The translations under genes and the position numbers were made by a program. The notes under the pieces were generated by a model. The model did no database searches and was not told where the DNA came from. It saw nothing but the letters and a program-made list of their open reading frames with translations. Positions 30,041 to 39,007 of a stretch of 64,000 nucleotides of DNA are shown in pieces. Within the stretch, counting starts at the first letter, position 1; each line of letters opens with the position of its first letter. The stretch is from Longimicrobiales bacterium (lineage in GTDB: Bacteria; Gemmatimonadota; Gemmatimonadetes; Longimicrobiales; Gaopeijiaceae): positions 128,001 through 192,000 of the forward strand of contig CBDBCF010000002.1 of assembly GCA_965202985.1 (NCBI GenBank). The letters run 5' to 3'.

Positions 30041-30880
30041 ATGCAACTCGTGGGAATCTTGCGGCTCGTAAAGGTCGTCGTCGCGGCAGCGCTGGTCGTC
30101 GCCCCGCTCGAGGGCGCGCAATCCCGTCCCGCGCCCGTGCGCGTGGCGTTCCTGGACGTGGGGCAGGCCGACGCCGTGCTGGTGCAGGCGCCCGAGGGCC
30201 AGACCGCGCTTGTGGACGCCGGCAGGCGCTCGCCCGTGGAGCTCCTTCGTAGGTTGGGCGTGTCGACGGTCGACCTGCTGGTGGCCTCGCACGGCCACGC
30301 GGATCACATCGGGGGCATGACCGCCGTGTTGCGGGAGTTCCCGGTCCGCTACTTCATGGACAACGGCATGCCCCACACGACGCGGACGTACCAGCGGCTC
30401 ATGGAGGAGATGGAGCGTCGCCCCGAGATCGCGTACCTGAACGCGGAGCCGCGAACGATCGCGTTGGGTTCGGTCTCCATCGAGGTTCTGCCCATGCCGC
30501 CGGCTCGCGGCCGCGACCAGAACAACCGCTCGGTGACACTGGTCGTGCGGCACGGCCGGTTTACGGCCTTCTTGAGCGGCGACTCGGAGGTTCGCCAGCT
30601 GAACTTCCTGACCGGGCGAGGCGTCGTGCCTCGCGCGACCCTGCTCAAGGCGCCCCATCACGGCAGTCACAACGGCTTCACGCCGGCGTTTCTGCAGGCG
30701 GTCCAGCCCGAACTGGTCGTCATCTCGGTGGGGCGAAACAGCTATGGACATCCACGACCCGAGGCGCTCGCGGCGTTCTCGGCGGCCGCTGGCCACGTAT
30801 ACCGCACGGACCGGGACGGCACGGTCACAGTGCTGGGCTTCCCGGACGGCCGTCACACAGCGAGCAAGGAACGCCCATGA
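30041..30880 (+). CDS. ComEC/Rec2-like metallo-beta-lactamase-fold hydrolase (secreted)
   Basis: FLDVGQAD, SHGHADHIGG, NNRS, LKAPHHGS, VISVGRNSYGHP, YRTDRDG. Confidence 0.9.
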   Translation: MQLVGILRLVKVVVAAALVVAPLEGAQSRPAPVRVAFLDVGQADAVLVQAPEGQTALVDAGRRSPVELLRRLGVSTVDLLVASHGHADHIGGMTAVLREFPVRYFMDNGMPHTTRTYQRLMEEMERRPEIAYLNAEPRTIALGSVSIEVLPMPPARGRDQNNRSVTLVVRHGRFTAFLSGDSEVRQLNFLTGRGVVPRATLLKAPHHGSHNGFTPAFLQAVQPELVVISVGRNSYGHPRPEALAAFSAAAGHVYRTDRDGTVTVLGFPDGRHTASKERP

Positions 30881-31230
30881 GCGAGATGCACCAGCCGGCC
30901 CCGAAGCCGACTTCGCCCCCGCCGGCCTCGTTCCGGTCGACCGCCCCGTCCGCGCCGGAGCGCACCTACGTCGTGGATCGAATCGAGAGCGGAGTGGCCG
31001 CGATGATCCCGGACGACGAGGCCTTCGCCCCCGAAGACGTGCTCGTCCGGCGACTCGGCTACCGGGTCGCAGAGGGCGACGTGGTGCGCGTGCCCGTCGG
31101 TGCCGACGGCTCCTTGGTCTGGAGCGACGCGACGGCGGACCCCCAGCAGCGCGCCGAGCGGATCAAGGAAGCCGAAGCACGTCTGGAGCGGTTGAGGAAG
31201 CGGGACCCGGGCGGCGACGTGATCTTGTAG
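30877..31230 (+). CDS. DUF3006-like protein
   Basis: YVVDRIE..VA, EGDVV; common partner of stand-alone ComEC-MBL; ATGA overlap. Confidence 0.7.
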   Translation: MSEMHQPAPKPTSPPPASFRSTAPSAPERTYVVDRIESGVAAMIPDDEAFAPEDVLVRRLGYRVAEGDVVRVPVGADGSLVWSDATADPQQRAERIKEAEARLERLRKRDPGGDVIL

Positions 31231-34200
31231 TTACCCCAGGACTTCCACCAGCTCGGCCACCACGTTCACGGCTTCCTCGTCGTCGGTGGCGATCTCGATC
31301 GGCGCGAAGTCGGCGTTGTCGGGCTCCAAGGTCACCTTGACGTGGCGCCAGCCGCCTTCGTCCTGGCGCTTCTCGCTGCGGTAGCGCTTGACGGTGAAGC
31401 GGTAGCCCGTCTCCGGATCGGCCTGGTCCAAGAGCTGGACGAGAAGCACTCGACCTTGGCGCGAGCCGGCCACGTCGCGCCGGAAAAGACAGTACGCCCC
31501 GTCGGGGATGCCCGGCGCCATGGAGCGGCCCACGACCTGCGCCGCGAAGATGCCGGGCCGAAGCGACCGTCCCGTTTCCACCTCCAGCCACTCCCATTCG
31601 TCGTCGTCAAGGAGCGTCTGCGGGTCGCCGAAAGCTCCGGCCGCAGCCTTCAACGGGACGAACGGCACGCAGTTCACGTAGCGCCCGGCCGGTTCGGGCT
31701 TGATCAGACGCAGGCGTGGTCGCGCCCGGGCGTCGGAGGACCCGGGCGTCGGGAACCATGATCGGTCGATGCCCAGCTCCCTCGCCCTCTCGCCCATGCC
31801 CAAGTAGCGGGCCAAGCGGCGAAAGTGGCGTGCCATGGCGTCCTCGTCGTCCAAGTCGTGAACAGCGATCTCGACCACTTCGTAGCCTTGGTTCCGCAGC
31901 CAGCCCCGAATCTGCGCGTCGCGTTCGGCGGTATCGGGGTTGCCGTGGAGGTGTCGGCTGAGGCCGTCCAGGTAGATGCACACGCCTTCGTCGGCGTCGT
32001 GGCCGGGACCTCGGTAGATCACGTCGGGCGTCGTGGTACCCAGGACGCGGTCCAGCCGAATCTGCTCGTCGCGCCCGCCTTCCGCGAAACCGGCCCGCAA
32101 CAGCAATCGACGGAGCTTGGCCTCGGCGGCGTTGACGGGGATGGTGCTGCTGCGTGGAAGAGTCGCGTCCGGCTGACGGGGCGGAATGTTGTGCTCCCAC
32201 GCCAGGTTGCTCCCCCACTTGTCGAAGCGCTTGACTGCGTTTCCGCGGTCGAGGAAGCGGTGGTAGTAGGCGTTGCGGAAGGTCTGGAGGCAGTCGGTGC
32301 ACGCCGATTCGCACAGGGCGGGGCACTCGCCGACGACTTGCCGGGCCGCCGCGACCACTTCTCCAAAGCGGTCGCATATCCGCTCCAAGAGGCCGGAGCC
32401 GCCGGGCATCGGGTCCCACAGCAGCGCGTCCACGGCCTCCTCGTGCATCTTGCCGACGACCAGGACCTGCAGGTCGTCGATGTGCATGTCGAGCACGCGG
32501 GCGGCGCCGAAGCGCAGGGCCTCCAAGACGCTGTGCGCCGTAGTCTGGCCGTCGCACGCCGGCAGGGAAAGGGCGTCCGCGATCACGTCCGCATGGAAGC
32601 CCACGAGTCCCGGCTTGCGGTTGCACCGCTCCTCGTGGCCCTTGTCGAACTCCTCCCGCTGGCGGTCCGACGCGAACGGCGAGACGCTGTGGCCGCAAAC
32701 CGAGCACACGGGATAACCCAGCGCGCCCCCGCCTTCCATGGAGGTCGCGGGACCTACGTTGACCAGACGCATCCGCACGCCCCGGCGAAGCAGCAACGAT
32801 TGCGCGCCCCACCGATAGGCATCGCCGCCGCTGTGCTGGTTGCGCTCGACGCCCGCGACGGCGACTCCCAGCTGAAAGCGAAGGTCCTCTTCGTCGGAGA
32901 TGTGGGACGTGTGCACGAGGTCGACGTCGCAGACGGCCATGGTGGGCAGCGTTGCGTCCCCGTCGGTGCCGCCGCCGTGCGGGGCCTCGGCAACGGCCCG
33001 CCGCCTCCGCGACACCGCGTAGGTCGCCATGTCGGTCCGGCGCTCGTTGGCGTCCCTGTGAAAGCGGCGGGCGGCGAAGCGATGGCCGTTGGCGTAGATC
33101 AGGTTGCCGGGCACGTACTCGCGCAGCGCGGTAGCCGGCGGACGCGGAAGCCGGAACTCCGCGGGCCCCGCCTTCCAGAAGGGCACTTCGGCCCAGCCCG
33201 TCACCGCGCCGGTCTCCAGGCCGTATCCGGGCAGGAATCCCTCCGCGGCGAGCACGCCGAAGGTGTTGGCGTCGTCGTGTCCCTCCGCATGTCTCCAGTT
33301 TCTCGGCGATGTGCCCTTCAGCTGCTTGACCAGCCGGTCGCAACGTCGGCGCAGCGCCTCCTCGGGCGGCTCCAGGCTTCCCTTCAGTTCCTGTTCGCGG
33401 TTCAAGCGCCCGATCTGCCGCATCGCCCACTGCAAGCGGTGCCGCAGGCGCGTCACGACCTCTTCGAGCTCGTCGGTGAATCGCTGCACGTGGCCTTGCA
33501 GCGCCGCGTCGGCTACGACTGCCGCGTCCGCCTCGGGCCAGCCCTGACGGAACACGCGCTTCGCGTCGTGCGTCAAGCTGTGCGAAAGGTCCTCCACGAG
33601 GCTCCGCAGGGGGCCGAAGTCGAAGGGCGCATCCCGCACCGCTCCGTCGGCGAACAGGTAGGGCGCCACTCGCCGGGGCAGGGCCGCGTTCAGCATGTTG
33701 CGAATGCGGTTTCGCTCGGCCTCGGGTCGTTCCGGGTCCTGGCTGTACCGGTACAGGGCGCCGATCGCGACGGCGTGAACGTGCTTGGCGACCATCACCT
33801 CGTTGCGAAGGTTGAACGCCGGCGGGTCGATCTTGCCGCCCAGAAGCTTCGGCGGGTCGGCGAAGTAGGCGCGGTCGTGGGAAACGGGCCGGCAGTAGGT
33901 CACGTTCACGGCCATGCGGTGACGCCGGCCCGCTCGCCCGGCGCGTTGCCAGTAGTTGGCGGGCAGAGGCGGCACATTGCGCATGAGCACCGAGTCCAGC
34001 CGACCGATGTCGATCCCGAGCTCCAGCGTCGGCGTGCACACGAGGCAGTTCACGGCATCGGACTCGCCCTTGAATCGGTTCTCCAGCCGGTCGCGCTCGT
34101 CGGGCGGCACCATGGCGGTGTGCTCATCGGAGCGAAGCATCGAGTAGTCGCCGTCCAGCAGCCGCAAGTTGTAGTCGTCGGGGTCCTCCTTGATCCACTC

Positions 34201-37185
34201 CAGCGCGCCGTCGCACCGCCAGGCCGGGCACAAGCCGTGGGGCACGTCGCGGGTGGCCTTGCGCCTGCACTTCCTGCAACGCCACACGCCCCTGTTCGGC
34301 TTCAACAGCAGCTTGTCGGCGGCCACCTGAAACACCCCGCTCACTCCCGGCAGCGGTCTCTTCCTGGACCCCTTGAGGACGACCCGGACAAGCAGCCCCG
34401 CCTCGACCAAGTATTCGAACAGGCCCTCCAGAAACGCCTCGACCGCGTCTCCCGCCACGCCCCACTTCCTGGCGATCTGGCGCATCGTGGTGTCGCCGCC
34501 GCCGGTGCTCAGCCACTGGGTGACCTGCGCGGGCTTCTCTGTCGGCTCTCGGCGTAGCTTCGTGGCGTTGGGCTTGAGGAAGCCGGGAAGGTAGCCCTGC
34601 TGAACTTCCCGATCGCCGTCCATCCAATGCTTGGTGAAGACCTCGTGCACGGGGTCGAAGAGCGCGCGCTTGCGGCGCAGATAGTCCAGGACGCTGGCGA
34701 CGCCTTCGCGCAACTTGTCGGGCGGGATGCCCAGCTGGTGGGCGTGAAGCTGAATCCACGGGTCCGTCGAACTCAGGCCGTCGTACTCCACCTTCATCCG
34801 GCCCCACGGCTCCAGGCCGTATGCTTGGCGCGGGGAAAGGGCCACCTCGCGCAGCACTTGAATGCGCAGGTACTTCCGGCGCTCCTGCCTGTGACGGACT
34901 CCGGTGCCGTCGCTCGGGGCGGCCTGCCAGACTTCGGGGATCAGCGCCCGAGAGAGGGCTTCGTCCTCGTCCAGTCGGTCGTCCAGGGATGCTGTAAGGT
35001 CGCCGACGGAGATCGTGCCGGCCTCGAGCACTTGGCTCATGAGCGCGCGCAGGCGGAAGCGGCGGGCGTGATCTTTCATCCAGCCCGCCTGGAACGCGGC
35101 GTCCTGCCGGTTGTCGCAGAAGACGAGAAGGCGCCGCCGCTCGGCGTGTTGCACCATGTCCTGCGAAAGGACGTGCACGTCGGCAACGTTGACGGCGCGC
35201 ACCTCGCGGGCAGGCTCCCGGTACCGACCGCCGCTGGGACGGCGACCCACCGATCCGCACGACAGGCAGCTCGTGAGAAGGCCCGGATTGTCCTTCTTCT
35301 GCCGGACCGCCAGCAGCTCCAAGAGCGGCCCCGGGCGGCCGCATGCCGAGCAGCTCGCCTGTGCCCGGGCGTGAGCGGCGCCGCAGCGACGGCAGAAGGC
35401 GAGCGACGCCGTGCGCTTGTGGGCGGGTGCGTCGTCGTCGTCCGCTTCGTCCGCGCCGATGAGCCGGTCGGTGACCAGGACGCGCTTTCCGCCCGCCTTC
35501 TGGTCCAGTCGCTCCCACCAGGGACCGCTGGGGCTCGCGTTGCCCCCGCCCGGCTTGGTTCCCGTGAAGGCGAAGTCCTTGAGGAATGCGACGAAGTAGT
35601 GCTGTCCGCACGTCGTGCAGGTGGTCACGGGGAAGCGGGCGCGGGCGCCGTCGGGTCCGTTGCTGGCGGCTTCGTCTTCGGCGGCCAGCCAGAGCCTGGG
35701 ACCGGAGGCCCCGTCGGGGAACGACGCGACCGCGCCGCCGACGCCGCGCACGAACGCATGCACGACGGGGCGAAGCAATGGGCGCCCTTGCAGGCGTGCC
35801 GCCGCCCCCAGCGTGAGCCAGGACAGGATCTCGGCTTGGGACGCGGACCTTCCAATCCGTTGCTCTAGGGCGGCGGGCAACGCCTCCAGGGCACGGGGCT
35901 CGGCAAGCTCCTCGTTCAGCGCGTAGACGACCTCGTTCTGCGACAGAGCCGCGTGCAGCGCCACCGGCCAGCCTTTGCCGCTGCCATCTCCATCGCCATC
36001 CGCGCCCGGAAGCGTTCGGCCCGACAGGGACCAGTAGGCCGCGCGAACCCTGCCTCCTACCGGGTCTTCGTCTTCGACGGCTCGCACGCACTGGTCGAGG
36101 ATGCCGGTGGCGTCTCCGTCGGGCGTGGGCGGCAGGAATCGCTGGCTAGCCCAGACCTCGGCCTCGTAGTCCTCTCCGACGGTTGCCACGTCCTCCGGCG
36201 CGACGCCGAAGAACCGAGCGGCGAAGTTGCGCGCCGCTTCCGGGTCCTCCCGGTCCACGATGGTGGCGGAAGTGGCGATGCACGTCGTGTGCTCCGGCCC
36301 CGCGTCGCAGAAGGCGCGAAGGCGGCGGAGCAGACAAGCGGACTCGGCCCCCATGACGCCAGTGAAGGTGTGGGCCTCGTCGAACACCAGGTAGTCCAGG
36401 CGCGCGCCGGCGAATAGTTCGATGTCGCGGCGGCGGGTCAGCAGAAGCTCCAGCTGCTTCACGTTGGTGAGCAGGATGCGCGGCTGGCGGCCCGGCGTCC
36501 GCATCGCTTCGCGCGAGCACACTTCCTCTGCAGGGTAGACGGCCTCTCCTTGACCGTCCTTTCGCGCCTGCTCCAACCGCGCCCGGTAGTCTGCCCGGGA
36601 CGAACCGGCGGGCAAGCGGAGGCCCGTCACGCCAGACTCCCCTTCCGGAGTCTTGCCGACGTAGATGCCGAACGAGACTCCAGTTCCGGCCAGCAGGTCC
36701 CGGAGCCGCAACAGCTGGTCCTCGGCGAGCGCGTTCATGGGGTAGACGATCACGGCGCTGACGCCCGGCGGCGCGTCTTCGTCCCGCAGCTCCAGGCACT
36801 TGCTGACGATGGGGTAGAGAAAGCACTCGGTCTTGCCCGAGCCGGTGCCCGTGGACACCAGTGTGGTCCGTCCCTCGGCGACGGCCCGAACCGCCTTTTC
36901 CTGGTGGCTGTACAGGTGAGTGATCGCCTCGGGAATCCGCTCCCGAAGAAGCGGGTGCAGCAGCCCCTCGCCCACCAGGTCATCCACCGCCGCGCCCTGC
37001 CTGAACGGGCGGGACAGGCTAACGTAAGGTCCCTTCAGCAGGGGCGACTGCCGGGTCTCGTCCAGAGAGAGGAGGTCGCGCATCTGGCCGCGAAGCCCCT
37101 CGTCCATGAACGGATAGGCCGTGAGCTGGTACCGCAGGAAGCTGCCGACAACCTTCTCGGTGTAGGCGACGGGGTTCAGGGCCAT
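31231..37185 (-). CDS. Large DEAH-box helicase (YprA/DrmA-like) with DUF1998, Vsr/DUF559-like nuclease and C-terminal S24 (LexA-like) domain
   Basis: TGTGSGKTE, YPMNALAEDQ, DEAH, TSAT, TPTLELGIDIG, YWQRAGRAGR; several CxxC; LWDPMPGGSG...CESACTDCL; TTPD...YLDG...H...RD; AAAG/GRSM/VKR. Confidence 0.92.
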   Translation of the reverse strand: MALNPVAYTEKVVGSFLRYQLTAYPFMDEGLRGQMRDLLSLDETRQSPLLKGPYVSLSRPFRQGAAVDDLVGEGLLHPLLRERIPEAITHLYSHQEKAVRAVAEGRTTLVSTGTGSGKTECFLYPIVSKCLELRDEDAPPGVSAVIVYPMNALAEDQLLRLRDLLAGTGVSFGIYVGKTPEGESGVTGLRLPAGSSRADYRARLEQARKDGQGEAVYPAEEVCSREAMRTPGRQPRILLTNVKQLELLLTRRRDIELFAGARLDYLVFDEAHTFTGVMGAESACLLRRLRAFCDAGPEHTTCIATSATIVDREDPEAARNFAARFFGVAPEDVATVGEDYEAEVWASQRFLPPTPDGDATGILDQCVRAVEDEDPVGGRVRAAYWSLSGRTLPGADGDGDGSGKGWPVALHAALSQNEVVYALNEELAEPRALEALPAALEQRIGRSASQAEILSWLTLGAAARLQGRPLLRPVVHAFVRGVGGAVASFPDGASGPRLWLAAEDEAASNGPDGARARFPVTTCTTCGQHYFVAFLKDFAFTGTKPGGGNASPSGPWWERLDQKAGGKRVLVTDRLIGADEADDDDAPAHKRTASLAFCRRCGAAHARAQASCSACGRPGPLLELLAVRQKKDNPGLLTSCLSCGSVGRRPSGGRYREPAREVRAVNVADVHVLSQDMVQHAERRRLLVFCDNRQDAAFQAGWMKDHARRFRLRALMSQVLEAGTISVGDLTASLDDRLDEDEALSRALIPEVWQAAPSDGTGVRHRQERRKYLRIQVLREVALSPRQAYGLEPWGRMKVEYDGLSSTDPWIQLHAHQLGIPPDKLREGVASVLDYLRRKRALFDPVHEVFTKHWMDGDREVQQGYLPGFLKPNATKLRREPTEKPAQVTQWLSTGGGDTTMRQIARKWGVAGDAVEAFLEGLFEYLVEAGLLVRVVLKGSRKRPLPGVSGVFQVAADKLLLKPNRGVWRCRKCRRKATRDVPHGLCPAWRCDGALEWIKEDPDDYNLRLLDGDYSMLRSDEHTAMVPPDERDRLENRFKGESDAVNCLVCTPTLELGIDIGRLDSVLMRNVPPLPANYWQRAGRAGRRHRMAVNVTYCRPVSHDRAYFADPPKLLGGKIDPPAFNLRNEVMVAKHVHAVAIGALYRYSQDPERPEAERNRIRNMLNAALPRRVAPYLFADGAVRDAPFDFGPLRSLVEDLSHSLTHDAKRVFRQGWPEADAAVVADAALQGHVQRFTDELEEVVTRLRHRLQWAMRQIGRLNREQELKGSLEPPEEALRRRCDRLVKQLKGTSPRNWRHAEGHDDANTFGVLAAEGFLPGYGLETGAVTGWAEVPFWKAGPAEFRLPRPPATALREYVPGNLIYANGHRFAARRFHRDANERRTDMATYAVSRRRRAVAEAPHGGGTDGDATLPTMAVCDVDLVHTSHISDEEDLRFQLGVAVAGVERNQHSGGDAYRWGAQSLLLRRGVRMRLVNVGPATSMEGGGALGYPVCSVCGHSVSPFASDRQREEFDKGHEERCNRKPGLVGFHADVIADALSLPACDGQTTAHSVLEALRFGAARVLDMHIDDLQVLVVGKMHEEAVDALLWDPMPGGSGLLERICDRFGEVVAAARQVVGECPALCESACTDCLQTFRNAYYHRFLDRGNAVKRFDKWGSNLAWEHNIPPRQPDATLPRSSTIPVNAAEAKLRRLLLRAGFAEGGRDEQIRLDRVLGTTTPDVIYRGPGHDADEGVCIYLDGLSRHLHGNPDTAERDAQIRGWLRNQGYEVVEIAVHDLDDEDAMARHFRRLARYLGMGERARELGIDRSWFPTPGSSDARARPRLRLIKPEPAGRYVNCVPFVPLKAAAGAFGDPQTLLDDDEWEWLEVETGRSLRPGIFAAQVVGRSMAPGIPDGAYCLFRRDVAGSRQGRVLLVQLLDQADPETGYRFTVKRYRSEKRQDEGGWRHVKVTLEPDNADFAPIEIATDDEEAVNVVAELVEVLG

Positions 37186-37203
37186 GGACGGGGGCTGATC
37201 TTG

Positions 37204-37254
37204 TCAATCAACATCACGGATAGGCAGGTTCTTCTCGTCGGAGTCAATTGCCAT
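37204..37254 (-). pseudogene. 16-codon stub (MAIDSDEKNLPIRDVD) overlapping the Panacea stop; possible remnant of the cognate toxin gene
   Basis: ATG preceded by GGAG, overlapping the antitoxin stop as in typical TA operons. Confidence 0.3.
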
Positions 37255-37756
37255 TTCGGCTCTCCATGATTCGCAGGTAGTACTTGCCAATCAGCTCGTT
37301 GGGAATGTGCACGTTTCTCATGCCCTTGTTCTCGTTCCACACGATGTCCCACGGCGTGCCGGGCGCGTGGGCCATGCCGGACAGTTGCAGACCGCTGAAG
37401 TCGCCGTAGACCTTCCACACTCGTCCAAGGAGCGCGACCGCATTGACGTCGTCCGTCTCGACACGAGGCGTAACCAGCTTGAAGTCGGTTCCCACGAGCT
37501 CGAAGTCGGTCGCGTAGTCGAGTATGGGCGACGCGCCGTAGTGCTTGAACTCGTGGTAAACGGACGGGAAGACCGGGCCGTACTCCCATGCCTCGACGTA
37601 TTCGTCCGAGACCAGTGGTTTCCCGCCGCTGAGTGCGAGATGCCAGCCGTGAGAGATGTACACGAGCTTCTGAATCATCAGCGGCGATATCTCTTTCGTG
37701 CGAGTTCGTCCGAAGTCCAGGAAGTGATTCGCCACTGCTTTCGCGGTGTAGCCCAT
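37244..37756 (-). CDS. Panacea/SocA-like (DUF4065) antitoxin
   Basis: AVANHF, IQKLVY..HGW.L, EAWEYGPV..SVY..FK, LS.MAH...TPW. Confidence 0.88.
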   Translation of the reverse strand: MGYTAKAVANHFLDFGRTRTKEISPLMIQKLVYISHGWHLALSGGKPLVSDEYVEAWEYGPVFPSVYHEFKHYGASPILDYATDFELVGTDFKLVTPRVETDDVNAVALLGRVWKVYGDFSGLQLSGMAHAPGTPWDIVWNENKGMRNVHIPNELIGKYYLRIMESRNGN

Positions 37757-37827
37757 CTGCGGTCTCCTCTTGCCGGGGATATGGGCGGTCCGGGCATCCA
37801 ACGAACTTGGTCACCACTCACTGTTTG

Positions 37828-37857
37828 ATCGTAACACATCAATGCGACGCTTGTCAA
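37828..37857 (-). promoter_or_regulatory. Near-consensus sigma70 promoter upstream of the Panacea and helicase genes
   Basis: Minus strand TTGACA-N18-TACGAT with an extended -10 TGn. Confidence 0.6.
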
Positions 37858-37963
37858 GGTTGCTGCGCAAGCTCACGCCCGAGCGCGTCGGCTCCCAGAT
37901 TGCCCGCCGACAGACAACATCCTCAGGAGTGTCGACTTCCGACGGCGACCCCTGGCAGCGGCG

Positions 37964-38190
37964 GGAGCTCCTCCGGAAGCCGGTCCAGGTACGGGCGAGT
38001 TCCCGCCAAGCCCAGCCGTGTCGGGGAGGCGTCGAGCTGCGGCACGCGCTCCAGGAGGGTCCCGGCCCCTGCAAGGATGCGCCGATTGGACTCAGGGACG
38101 CCGCTCCGCAGCGCGGGGCTGGCGGGATCGGGCTGTCCGAGGGCGAGTCGCACGCGCGGAGCGCGATGAGCCAGGCAGTTGACGGCCAAG
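37964..38190 (-). pseudogene. Degenerate, frameshifted copy of the 3' (TPR) end of the Schlafen-GHKL-TPR gene
   Basis: 37992-38111 aligns with 42850-42974 (cgggcgagttcccgccaagcccag identical); ESNRR.LA.A.TLLERV.QLDASP and HGWAWRELART are split over two frames. Confidence 0.8.
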
Positions 38191-38207
38191 GTTCCGGCGG
38201 GCATATT
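38179..38207 (+). promoter_or_regulatory. Possible sigma70 promoter for the two small plus-strand ORFs
   Basis: TTGACG-N17-CATATT. Confidence 0.4.
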
Positions 38208-38265
38208 GCTTTCAGCGGGACGCGGACTTCAGTTCAGACACCCGGAGAACAGGAGTAGCATGTAG

Positions 38266-38634
38266 GTGGAAGAGCTGGACGGGGAACGGATCCTGGACGC
38301 GATCGACGCCGACACCTTGAGGGCAGCCCGGGTCAAGGGAGGGACCATGCCTCAGATCGAGGTCAACAGGGGCCGAATCGCAGCGTTGCTGGGGTGGTGC
38401 GACAAATGGAAGCGGCCTGATGAAGTCTACGCCGACGAGGCGTGGGAGATCTGCATCATCTGGCGCAGCGGGTACGGCAGGGTCGAGATCGGCACCGAAG
38501 AGGATGGCAGCGTCGGGTACTGCGTCAGCCGCACGTTGAGCGAGGAGAGCAAGGAAGGAAGCTTCCTGGAGCACAGCCGAGAGGAACTCGACCGAGTCAT
38601 GTCATGGCTAGAAGAGGTGCCCGAGGAGATCTGA
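38266..38634 (+). CDS. Hypothetical acidic protein (122 aa)
   Basis: ORF with coding-like composition; AGGAG RBS precedes ATG-TAG-GTG; no family recognised. Confidence 0.5.
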   Translation: MEELDGERILDAIDADTLRAARVKGGTMPQIEVNRGRIAALLGWCDKWKRPDEVYADEAWEICIIWRSGYGRVEIGTEEDGSVGYCVSRTLSEESKEGSFLEHSREELDRVMSWLEEVPEEI

Positions 38635-38657
38635 GTCGGATACCAAGGAGGACGCCG

Positions 38658-38864
38658 GTGACGAGAACGCTGACTGCAATCATCGAACGCGAGGGCGACC
38701 TGTACGTCGCGACCTGTCCGTACTTCGACGTGATTACCCAAGGACACACCATTCAAGAAGCTCAAGACAACCTCAAAGAAGCCGTCGAGCTGTCGCCCGC
38801 CGAGAAGATGGCAAGGGATCGACCGGAGTTCTACGTTACCGACGTCGAAGTCACCGTTGGGTAG
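38658..38864 (+). CDS. HicB-like antitoxin (short form)
   Basis: AAGGAGG RBS; LTAIIEREGDLYVATCP..DVITQG.TIQEA.DNLKEAVEL. Confidence 0.82.
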   Translation: MTRTLTAIIEREGDLYVATCPYFDVITQGHTIQEAQDNLKEAVELSPAEKMARDRPEFYVTDVEVTVG

Positions 38865-39007
38865 CCGCGACACGGCTGGTACCACTGGGTCGAGACCGGG
38901 CAGTTGGACCGGGAGCTCAACGAGACGTCGGTGCGGGTGCGGGCCTGGCTGGCGCTAGTCGTCGAAGCCGGACCCTTGTGCGTGGCCTGTCCAACGCCGC
39001 GATGTCC

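Noticed and set aside
38260..38864. Amber (TAG) recoding, suggested by ATG-TAG-GTG and an open frame after the hicB TAG
   Set aside because: Conserved genes (nusA, rpsO, mreB, guaA, rplU, rpmA) end at TAG at their expected C-termini
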